DNA from: Longispora sp. K20-0274
GTDB lineage: Bacteria; Actinomycetota; Actinomycetes; Mycobacteriales; Micromonosporaceae
Direction: 5' to 3'
NCBI RefSeq assembly: GCF_047121295.1
Contig: NZ_CP139447.1
Location: 3,298,665 to 3,362,664, forward strand
Length of the DNA stretch: 64,000 nt
Shown: positions 57,501 through 64,000 of the stretch, piece by piece
Layout of the letters: each line of letters opens with the position of its first letter
Numbering within the stretch: the stretch's first letter is position 1
Program-made: the position numbers and the translations under genes
Notes under the pieces: generated by a model
Database searches by the model: none
The model's input: the letters and a program-made list of their open reading frames with translations, nothing else
Told to the model about the DNA's origin: nothing

Positions 57501-57673
57501 CCACCCCGGGCCTGGTGCCCAGCCCGGGTCTGCTCACCGGGCTGGCCGGGATCGGCTACGGACTGCTGCGGCTGGGCTTCCCCGACCGGACGCCCAGCGT
57601 CCTCCTGCTCAGACCACCCCACGCGCCCGCGACTCGGCCGGGCGCGGTGTCCCTACGACAAGGAGCGACATGA
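54551..57673 (+). CDS. lanM: Class II lanthipeptide synthetase LanM (N-terminal DUF4135 dehydratase domain + C-terminal LanC-like cyclase with intact zinc ligands)
   Basis: Dehydratase/kinase-like motifs DIHHENLVARGDEPVLVDLETLL, and cyclase motifs LAHGYCG, SWCHGLPG, SLCHGELGG (Cys-Cys-His zinc site). Start uncertain; ATG 54551, 54575 and 54587 are all possible. Confidence 0.8.
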   Translation: MRAGRTAGMLSCMDGDGRAGTERCWWARGLTLTERPTPAPGRVVAGDADRAARRLARWRTVFPTGEAFGARLAAAGIDENVLALLLAEDATSLAGRVDRPDWAGFAERAAQLARPPTGREFTWEDGFGAIVGPFAELAARELLAAEPGLRDLRAGFTAQTRGLLTRLARRTLVLELNVYRVSGRLDGAMPRDRFASFVRQLCTREGLTALIEEYAVLARLLAQACLQNVTAWVELYGRFTRDRPAIVADLLGAVEPGPLVEIASGAGDRHRGGRSVAVLRFADGARVVYKPRPVTAHALFNCAVRWLNARMPGPALPTLALLSRPSHGWVEFAAHAPCRDRDGVDRFYRRQGATLALLHALDATDIHHENLVARGDEPVLVDLETLLHPTLPVPGPRATDPAARAMDSSVYRTALLSLPVVGDHGMIDLSGLGADKGALSPLDGVGWGAPGTDEMRLVRRQETFEGSDNRPRLDGRDADPAAYTASLLSGFRDAYQAIASGRAELVGPDGPLAASGGADLRVVVRPTRVYATLLDESTHPDVLRDALDRDRLLDTLWADSTGAALWWQVAGAEIAGLWAGDIPLFDTRSDSLALASGGFTLDGALDATGVRRVSAKLAALGGPDQYDQEWIIQAALATRAPLPEHRPGRSGAHPHATTVPDRDRLLASACGIADQLVAMAFEDDHHANWLGLEPVDDRHWMVLPQGAGLAHGYCGTALLLAQLAGITGTARYARLARRAVCPIPNLLDHLARHPEQAAAVGCGGFAGFGGIAYALSHLAALLDDGEVAGWVPGAVRLVAGAAHGSGPGVLTGAAGGVAAMLAVHATTGSDLAWDAARTCADAVLAADPAGLPAGFGTGLAGMGWALARFGASGGGTRYADAGRALLAASRPAADDPSWCHGLPGLALALADLGDTPAGGTVDRAVGAVAARPPLDDHSLCHGELGGLELLVEAAAGGHHAARAGRIPRAGLLLAALDRVGPQCATPGLVPSPGLLTGLAGIGYGLLRLGFPDRTPSVLLLRPPHAPATRPGAVSLRQGAT

Positions 57674-57867
57674 CCGACACAGATCTGATCAGGTCCTGGA
57701 AGGACCCGGAGTCCCGCGACGAGCCGGCCGCCGACCATCCGGTGGGGGAGATCCGACCCAGGATCGACCTGCGCGCGGGCTCCCGAGTCCTGGCGCTGGT
57801 CGGCATGGCCGGCGTCCTGTTCGCGTCGCTGCCGGGCACCGAGACGACGACCTCGCTGACCGGGTGA
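57670..57867 (+). CDS. 65-aa peptide with class II (LanM-type) leader motif but no cysteine: MTDTDLIRSWKDPESRDEPAADHPVGEIRPRIDLRAGSRVLALVGMAGVLFASLPGTETTTSLTG
   Basis: The ATG overlaps the lanM stop (ATGA) and has AAGGAG 5 nt upstream. The N-terminus carries the (I/L)xxWK(D/N)PxxR leader motif seen in mersacidin/lichenicidin-alpha-type LanA peptides. The C-terminal half is hydrophobic with a TETTTS tail and contains no Cys. Confidence 0.5.
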   Translation: MTDTDLIRSWKDPESRDEPAADHPVGEIRPRIDLRAGSRVLALVGMAGVLFASLPGTETTTSLTG

Positions 57868-57942
57868 GCCGCCGCCGGCCTCCGGGGCCCGCCCGGGCGG
57901 CGGCCCATAGATACTGATCATCATGGACGGTAATCTCGGACC

Positions 57943-60870
57943 ATGCAGCTGACGTCTCCGGTGCTCATCGGCCGCAGTTCCGAGATCGCCGCGCTGGAGG
58001 CCGGGATCGAGGCCGCCCGCACCGGTTCCGGGCGGGCGGCCTTCCTGGTCGGGGAGGCGGGGGTCGGCAAGTCCCGGCTGGCCGCCGAGTGCGCCTACCG
58101 GGCGTTCGCCGCCGGCATGCCCGTGCTGCGCGGCCGGTGCAGTTCCACCGGGGTGCGGATGCCGCTGCGTCCCATCACGGAGGCGCTACTCTCCCTGTTC
58201 CGCACCGGAGGTCCGCCGAGGAACCCGGAACTGGAACCGTACCGGCCCGCCCTCGCCCGGCTCGTGCCCGACTGGCGGGACAAGGGGGCGCCGGACGAGC
58301 CCGGGGCTTTGATCGAGACCGCCGAGGCGGTGCTGCGCCTGCTCGCGGTGGTCGGCGCGGACGGCGGCTGCGTTCTCGTGCTGGAGGACCTGCACGACGC
58401 CGACGCCGAGACACTGGCGGTGCTGGAGTATCTGGTCGACAACGTCGCCGGCCTGCGCGTGTTCCTGCTCGGCGCCCTGCGCTCGGCACCCGGCCCGGCC
58501 CTCGACCTGGCCAGGGCCACCGGGCGACGGCGGACGGCGGTCCTCGCCGAACTCGCCGGGCTGACCGATGAGCAGGTGCGACAGATGGCGGCGGCGTGCC
58601 TGTCCGTCCCCGTCGACGAGCTGTCCGGTCCGGTCGCCGACCGGCTCGTCCGGTACGGCGACGGGAACCCGTTCGTCGTCGAGGAACTCCTCGGCGGCAT
58701 GGTCGCGGCGAACCTGCTGCGCCCCTCGACCGACGGGTGGCGGGTGTTCGGCGACCTGACCCTGGACGTTCCGACCACCGTGGTGCGCAGCGTGACCCTG
58801 CGCGTCGACGGCCTCGGCCCGCAGGGCGCCGAGCTGTTGCACGTCGCCGCCGTGCTCGGCCGGCGGTTCACGCTGTCGGAACTGCGGACCGTGACCGGCC
58901 TCGACGACCGCGGCCTGCTGGGGCACCTGCGCGCCGGGGTCAACGCCCAACTGGTATCGCCGAGCGGACCCGCTCCCGACTGCTACGAGTTCCGCCATGC
59001 GCTCACCGTCGAGGCGCTGCTCAGCTCGATCGGGCCCGCGGAGAGGGCGGCCATCGCCCGGCGGGCCGCCGACGCGCTCGAGGCCGCGCACCCCGGGCAG
59101 CCCGGCGACTGGTGTCAACGACTCGCCGTGCTGCGCCAGTCCGCCGGCGATCCGGTGGCGGCCGGCCTGCTGCTCGTCCGTTCCGGCCGGGCGGCGCTCG
59201 CCTCCGGCGCGGTCGCGTCGGCGGTGGACCTGCTCGAACGGGCCCAGGGCCTCGCCCCGGAGATGGCCCCCGAGCAGCGGGCCGACGTCCTCGAGGCGTT
59301 GTTGTACGCGCTCGCCGAGGCCGGCCAGCTCGACCGGGCCCAGACGGTGCTGGCCACGGCACCCGTCGCCGGGCCTGGAGCCCTCGACCGGGTCAGGGGC
59401 GCCGCGCTGCGGGCCCGGCTGGCCTGGGTGGCGGTGACCGCGGGGCGGATGGCCGACGCCGCGATCCACCTCGCGGTGGCCCGGCAGCTGGCCGGACCCG
59501 GACCCGGGCCGCAGGTCGCCGCCGCCATCGACATCGTCGCGGCCCGGCTGACGTTCTCGGGCAGGGACGGCACCCGGGGGCTCGACCGGGTCGCGGAGGC
59601 CGAGGAACTGGCCCGCCGGGCCGCCGATGCCGCGGAGTCGGCCGGGCTGCCCGTGGTGGCCTGCCAGTCCTGGCAGTTCCTCGCCCTGCTCGCCCGGCGG
59701 CGTGGCATCGACGCCTCCGACAGCTGTGTCCATCGGCTGCTCGCGGTGGCGGAGGAGCACTCGCTACCGGTCTGGTACGCCAACGGCCTGCTCTGGCTGG
59801 GGATCAACGAGTTCCTCCGCACGGCGGAATCCAGCCACCTCGAGCGGGCCCGTCAGGCCACGCTCGGTCTCGGACGGATCGCGCTGACCCACACGGCCGA
59901 GGCGACGCTCGCGATGCACGCCGTGTTCCGGGCCGACTTCGCGACGGCCCGCCAACTCGCCGACTCCTGTGCCGACGCCAGCGCCCGGCTGCGCGACGTG
60001 GACAACCACCAGTACGCGGTGCTGGCCCGGGCCGCGCTCGCCGCGCACCAGGGCCGGCGCCGGGAGATGGACACCGAACTGGCCGAGTTCCGCGACTGGC
60101 AGGGCGAACAGTCGATGCTCATGCCGTTGGTCTTCGGCCGGTGCAGGGCCGTCTGCGCGCTCCTGGAGGAGAAACGGGGCGAGGCGATGGCCGAGCTCGA
60201 CCGCGGGGCTGCCTGGGAGGACCAGCACCCGAACGTGTTCCACCTCGACGGCAGGTACGGGCTCCGCCCGCTGCTCGGTGTCCTCGCCGGCCGGGTGACG
60301 GCGTCCGAGCACGCGAGCCTGGCCGCCGAGCCCGCCGCCCAGCTGCGGTGGAACCGGCAGTTCGTCCTGCTCGCGAGGGCGGTGCTGCTCGGCACGGCCG
60401 GCGACGCGTCGGCGGCGGCGGAGGCGGTCGTCGAGGCGCGCGCGGAGGCGGCGCCGTTTCCGACGACCCATCACCTCGGACTGCGGTTGGTCGCGGAGGC
60501 CGCGCTCGCCGACGGTTGGGGCGAACCGGTCGCCTGGCTCCGCACGGCCGAGGGGTACTTCCACGGTGCGGGAATCCCCGCGGTGGCCGGGGCGTGCCGC
60601 GCGTTGCTCCGGCGGGCCGGCGCGAACGTGGGCCAGCGCCGGGCCGGGATCGAGGAGGTTCCCGTCGCGGTCCGCAGACAGGGGATCACCCTCAGGGAGT
60701 ACCAGGTCCTGCAACTTCTCGTGGCCCGGCCCAGCAACCAGGACATCGCCCAGCGGTTGTTCATCTCTCCCCGGACGGTGGAGAAGCACATCGCCAGCCT
60801 GATCGCGAAGACCCACCGCCCCGACCGCGCGGCACTGAGCGAGTACGCGGCGGACCTGTCGGCGACCTGA
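57943..60870 (+). CDS. LAL-family transcriptional regulator (N-terminal AAA ATPase, TPR-like middle, C-terminal LuxR HTH)
   Basis: Walker A GEAGVGKS, Walker B VLVLEDLHDAD, and a C-terminal LuxR HTH (LREYQVLQLLVARPSNQDIAQRLFISPRTVEKHIASL). Confidence 0.85.
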   Translation: MQLTSPVLIGRSSEIAALEAGIEAARTGSGRAAFLVGEAGVGKSRLAAECAYRAFAAGMPVLRGRCSSTGVRMPLRPITEALLSLFRTGGPPRNPELEPYRPALARLVPDWRDKGAPDEPGALIETAEAVLRLLAVVGADGGCVLVLEDLHDADAETLAVLEYLVDNVAGLRVFLLGALRSAPGPALDLARATGRRRTAVLAELAGLTDEQVRQMAAACLSVPVDELSGPVADRLVRYGDGNPFVVEELLGGMVAANLLRPSTDGWRVFGDLTLDVPTTVVRSVTLRVDGLGPQGAELLHVAAVLGRRFTLSELRTVTGLDDRGLLGHLRAGVNAQLVSPSGPAPDCYEFRHALTVEALLSSIGPAERAAIARRAADALEAAHPGQPGDWCQRLAVLRQSAGDPVAAGLLLVRSGRAALASGAVASAVDLLERAQGLAPEMAPEQRADVLEALLYALAEAGQLDRAQTVLATAPVAGPGALDRVRGAALRARLAWVAVTAGRMADAAIHLAVARQLAGPGPGPQVAAAIDIVAARLTFSGRDGTRGLDRVAEAEELARRAADAAESAGLPVVACQSWQFLALLARRRGIDASDSCVHRLLAVAEEHSLPVWYANGLLWLGINEFLRTAESSHLERARQATLGLGRIALTHTAEATLAMHAVFRADFATARQLADSCADASARLRDVDNHQYAVLARAALAAHQGRRREMDTELAEFRDWQGEQSMLMPLVFGRCRAVCALLEEKRGEAMAELDRGAAWEDQHPNVFHLDGRYGLRPLLGVLAGRVTASEHASLAAEPAAQLRWNRQFVLLARAVLLGTAGDASAAAEAVVEARAEAAPFPTTHHLGLRLVAEAALADGWGEPVAWLRTAEGYFHGAGIPAVAGACRALLRRAGANVGQRRAGIEEVPVAVRRQGITLREYQVLQLLVARPSNQDIAQRLFISPRTVEKHIASLIAKTHRPDRAALSEYAADLSAT

Positions 60871-60872
60871 CC

Positions 60873-61328
60873 TCAGTGCGTGTCCGGGCGTCCCCGGCGC
60901 GCGTGCCGGTCGGCCCGCTCCCGGGCGAGCCGGTGGGCGGAGATGAGCAGGTCCCCGACGGCCTCCGATGTCCGGGGGCCCGGGTTGACGACGGACAGCC
61001 AGTGCAGGGCGCCGTAGACCGGGTGCGGAAAGAGCACGTCGGCGGCGTCGGTCGGCGCGGTGCCCGCCCACTCGCGGAACCGTTCCGCGCCGGCGGCGAT
61101 GTTCAGCCGGAACGCTCCCGGGCGGTCGAGGCGCGAGACGTCGTCGTCGGGATAGTCCTTCGTCACGATGGTGGCGAACGGCTGGGTGTGCGGGACCGTG
61201 CCGTCGGGGGCGTAGTAGAAGAAGACGTCGCCCCAGGCGATCTCGGGTGACCCGTCCCCGGGTCCGGGGGTGAGCACCAGGACCCCGTCCAGGGCGCCGA
61301 TCCGGTCGATGATGTCGTGAATCTCCAT
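60873..61328 (-). CDS. Conserved hypothetical protein (no recognisable catalytic motif)
   Basis: ORF with a plausible ATG at 61328 (MEIHDIIDRIGAL...). Function unknown. Confidence 0.45.
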   Translation of the reverse strand: MEIHDIIDRIGALDGVLVLTPGPGDGSPEIAWGDVFFYYAPDGTVPHTQPFATIVTKDYPDDDVSRLDRPGAFRLNIAAGAERFREWAGTAPTDAADVLFPHPVYGALHWLSVVNPGPRTSEAVGDLLISAHRLARERADRHARRGRPDTH

Positions 61329-61477
61329 ACCTTCCAGCATCACATTGTTGTGCCCTTGGAGACTTCTGCCGGGGCTGCCGGCGAAGTGCGGAGGAAAAGT
61401 CTCAAGCGCGGCGTGCGGTTGGCGGGAGCGTGGCGCGGCGGTCTAGATTTCTGGGTACCGGATACGTGGAGGTCGTC

Positions 61478-62419
61478 GTGCGTGCTGTCGCCGTGTCGGA
61501 GTTCGGAGCGACCCCCGGGGTGGTGGAGCTGCCCTCCCCGGAGCCCGGCCCCGGGCAGGTCCTGGTCCGGATGCGCGCCGCCGGGCTCAACCCGTTCGAC
61601 TGGAAGGTCGGCGAGGGTGCGCTGGACGGCCGGGTGCGGCACCGGTTCCCGCTGGTCCTCGGCTCGGACGGCGCGGGCGAGGTGGCGGGGCTCGGCGCGG
61701 GCGTCACCGGGTTCGCCGAGGGCGACCGGGTGTTCGGCTCCTTCATGCGCCTCGGCGACGGCGGCGGCTCCTACGGCGAGTACGCGGTCGCCGACGCCGC
61801 CGGGCTCGCCCGGATGCCCGACGGGGTGGCGTTCACGGACGCCGCCGCGTTGCCGATGGCCGCGACGACGGCCCTCAACCTCGTGGACGGCGCGCACGTC
61901 TCGCGGAGCCAGACGGTGCTGGTGGTCGGGGCGACCGGCGGGGTCGGCACGTTCGTCGTGCAGCTGGCCGCCGGGCGCGGCGCGCACGTGATCGCCACGG
62001 CCCGCCCCGACGCCGCCGACGCGGTGCTCGCGCTCGGGGCGCAGGAGACCGTGGACCACACGGCGGGTCCGGTGGCGAGGCAGGTGCTGGCCCGGTACCC
62101 GCATGGTGTGGATGTCCTGATCGACGTCGCCAGCGACCATGCCGGCCTGGCGGCGGTGTCGGCGGCGGTCCGCTGGGGCGGGGTGGTCGGGGCCAGCACC
62201 TGGGCCGTGGACCCCGAGGCCCTGGCCGCGCGCGACATCCGGGGCTTCAACCTCGACAACCGGGCCACGGCCGAGCACCTGCGCACCGTGGTCGAGGAGG
62301 TGGCCGCCGGCCGGCTGCGGGTCGCGATCGACAGCGTCGTGCCCCTCGCCGAGGCGCCCGCCGCGCTGGCCCGCAGCCGGGCTGGCTCGGCGCGCGGCAA
62401 GACGGTCATCACGATCTGA
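61478..62419 (+). CDS. MDR-superfamily NAD(P)H:quinone oxidoreductase / zinc-binding alcohol dehydrogenase-like
   Basis: GroES-like N-terminus and a Rossmann motif VVGATGGVGTFVVQLA. A GTG at 61478 was chosen, with GGAGG 6 nt upstream. Confidence 0.75.
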   Translation: MRAVAVSEFGATPGVVELPSPEPGPGQVLVRMRAAGLNPFDWKVGEGALDGRVRHRFPLVLGSDGAGEVAGLGAGVTGFAEGDRVFGSFMRLGDGGGSYGEYAVADAAGLARMPDGVAFTDAAALPMAATTALNLVDGAHVSRSQTVLVVGATGGVGTFVVQLAAGRGAHVIATARPDAADAVLALGAQETVDHTAGPVARQVLARYPHGVDVLIDVASDHAGLAAVSAAVRWGGVVGASTWAVDPEALAARDIRGFNLDNRATAEHLRTVVEEVAAGRLRVAIDSVVPLAEAPAALARSRAGSARGKTVITI

Positions 62420-62456
62420 GGCCGACGGGCACGGAACGCCCGGTGCGGCCCCGGGA

Positions 62457-63677
62457 TCACCGGGGCGGCGGCGTCACGTACTTGCCGAGGAACCGTTCGA
62501 GGGCGTGCTTCGTGATCTGGGTGCCCCAGCCGCCCCACTGGAAGTCGTAGCCGTGGTCGGTCATCGGCAGGGTGATCAGCTCGTGCGGCACGCCGACCCC
62601 CTCCAGCTTGACCGCGAGCGGGATGGACTGGGTGTCGGGGTCCACGAGCGCGTCGTGTTCGCCGTGCACGAGCAGCGTCGGCGGCAGCTTGCCCCGGACG
62701 TAGGAGACGGGGGAGGCGATCCGGTAGGCGTCGGCGGCCGTCGTCGGGGTGCCGCCGGTGTACTTCTCGACCGCGTCGCGGGTGTACCCGCCGAGCGTGT
62801 CGTCGTGCCAGCCCGCCACGAGGTCGGTCGCCGGGTACAGGCCCACGACGGCCTTCACCGACGTGTCGGGCGCCGGGCAGCTCGGCGGCAGGGCGGCGTC
62901 GCCCGCGCTGTAGGCGGCCAGGAGCGCGAGGGTGCCGCCGGCCGACTCGCCCATCAGGACGATCCGGGTCGGGTCGACCGCGTACTGGGCGGCGTGTTCG
63001 CGGACCCAGCCGATCGCGCACTTCACGTCGCCGGCCGCCTGGTTCCACCTGGGCGGCGGGGCGAGCCGGTACTGGATGTCGAACACCGCGTAGCCGTGCT
63101 CGTTGAGCCAGGCGTTCCACTTCGGGTACTGGCCCTGTTGGCCGCCGATGAACGCACCGCCGTGCACGGCGACCACGGCGGGCGCGGGTCGGGCGGCCGA
63201 CCGGGGCGGCAGCCACACGTCGAGGGGCAGGTCGCGGCCCTCGACCGTGGCGTACGTGACGGTGCGGGCCGGGTCCGGCTTGCCGAGGTTGATCCCGCCG
63301 GTGAAGTACTCCCCGACGGACAGGTGGGTGCCGGTCAGGTGCGCCGTGATCCACAGGTTCGCGGTCGGCAGCAGGCCGGCGATGATGGCGAGCATGGCGA
63401 CGACGGTGACGGTCCACGCCAGCCGGTAGCGCTGCCAGGCCCGCAGCGCGAGGGTGAGCAGCAGGCACAGCACGCCGAGGAGCACGACGTACAGCGCGTA
63501 CTCGCTCGTGACCAGGTAGGTCTTCCACGCCCAGCCCGCCGGGGGCAGCGGGGCCCACAGGGCGACGAGGGCAATGATGAGGACCAGGGTCAGCAGGACA
63601 CTCAGGACGATGACGGTCCGGCCGCCGAGGGACAGGCGCCGGGCCCTCGGGAGCGGCGGGGCTTCGAGCTGCTGCAT
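62457..63677 (-). CDS. Membrane-anchored alpha/beta hydrolase (esterase/lipase, HSL-like)
   Basis: N-terminal TM helices, HGGAF oxyanion motif, GESAGG nucleophile elbow, and a C-terminal DHGYD region. Confidence 0.75.
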   Translation of the reverse strand: MQQLEAPPLPRARRLSLGGRTVIVLSVLLTLVLIIALVALWAPLPPAGWAWKTYLVTSEYALYVVLLGVLCLLLTLALRAWQRYRLAWTVTVVAMLAIIAGLLPTANLWITAHLTGTHLSVGEYFTGGINLGKPDPARTVTYATVEGRDLPLDVWLPPRSAARPAPAVVAVHGGAFIGGQQGQYPKWNAWLNEHGYAVFDIQYRLAPPPRWNQAAGDVKCAIGWVREHAAQYAVDPTRIVLMGESAGGTLALLAAYSAGDAALPPSCPAPDTSVKAVVGLYPATDLVAGWHDDTLGGYTRDAVEKYTGGTPTTAADAYRIASPVSYVRGKLPPTLLVHGEHDALVDPDTQSIPLAVKLEGVGVPHELITLPMTDHGYDFQWGGWGTQITKHALERFLGKYVTPPPR

Positions 63678-63749
63678 GTCTTCCTCCCCGGGGCGCGCCA
63701 GGTTGGCCTCCCCAGCATGCCACCGGCGCCGGACAACGGGGAGCCTTTT

Positions 63750-64000
63750 CTACAGCGGTAGTCCGCCCCGGTCCTTGAGGCGTTTCATCGTGATCTGCGA
63801 GTTGATCTTCGTGACGCCGGGCAGGGAGGTCAGCCGCTCGATGCACAGCACCTCGTACGCGCTGATGTCGGCGACCGCGACCCGCAGCAGGTAGTCGGGC
63901 ACCCCGAACAGCCGGTACGCCTCCACCACGTCCGGGATGCCGTCGAGCCCCTCCTCGAACGCCGTGATCGTGTCGCGGTCCTTGGCCTGCAGCTCGATGG
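63750..64000 (-). CDS. Lrp/AsnC-family transcriptional regulator, C-terminal (RAM domain) fragment; 5' end outside window
   Basis: Translation of the minus strand gives ...IELQAKDRDTITAFEEGLDGIPDVVEAYRLFGVPDYLLRVAVADISAYEVLCIERLTSLPGVTKINSQITMKRLKDRGGLPL*, a typical AsnC RAM domain. Confidence 0.7.
   Translation of the reverse strand, partial: IELQAKDRDTITAFEEGLDGIPDVVEAYRLFGVPDYLLRVAVADISAYEVLCIERLTSLPGVTKINSQITMKRLKDRGGLPL

Noticed and set aside
54260-57622. 1120-aa minus-strand ORF antisense to lanM
   Set aside because: Only its last 32 codons (the precursor peptide with its own RBS and ATG) are credible. The remainder is G/R/P/A-rich antisense translation of lanM.

Overview
High-GC (~72%) actinomycete chromosomal window, Streptomyces/Micromonospora-like, densely coding on both strands. 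I called about 60 genes. Many long ORFs in the supplied track are antisense or frameshifted artefacts with S/R/A/P/G-rich translations and were discarded. No transposase, integrase, CRISPR array or rRNA was recognisable.

Main content, left to right:
- NarL-type two-component system with a downstream DUF4097 (LiaG-like) protein.
- Lone type II thioesterase and a tandem GNAT acetyltransferase.
- AA10 lytic polysaccharide monooxygenase overlapping a DUF305 lipoprotein.
- Cassette of a membrane-anchored alpha/beta hydrolase, an ECF sigma factor and an SRPBCC protein.
- Secreted lipase and a PucR-family regulator.
- Complete Liv-type branched-chain amino-acid ABC transporter operon (livG, livF, substrate-binding protein, livH, livM), followed by an SDR oxidoreductase, a GAF-PucR regulator and adenosine deaminase.
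- Divergent pair of citrate-synthase-like paralogues; one carries an N-terminal HTH.
- Small-molecule enzyme block: O-methyltransferase, M20 peptidase, GCS2 carboxylate-amine ligase, nitroreductase and an N-hydroxylase-like flavin monooxygenase.
- tRNA-Cys(GCA) next to an AT-rich spacer, then an ornithine-cyclodeaminase-like protein and a flotillin.
- Cytochrome P450 convergent with a class II (DxDD, three QW motifs) terpene cyclase.
- A cvnABCD conservon.

The most interesting region is 47.5–60.9 kb, an unannotated hybrid lanthipeptide (RiPP) locus:
- On the minus strand, a 32-aa precursor (leader LDLQ motif, core ending SGVSYGC) heads an operon with a class III LanKC synthetase that lacks zinc ligands, an HFCD-family Cys decarboxylase (LanD-like), an MFS transporter, a JmjC/cupin hydroxylase and a DUF3626 protein.
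- With no lipid-tailoring genes present, this set suggests a non-lipidated avionin-type (labionin plus C-terminal aminovinyl-Cys) peptide.
- Divergently, a full class II LanM (zinc ligands intact) is translationally coupled through an ATGA overlap to a 65-aa peptide. That peptide has a canonical class II leader motif (LIRSWKDPESR) but no cysteine.
- A LAL-family (ATPase-LuxR) regulator follows.
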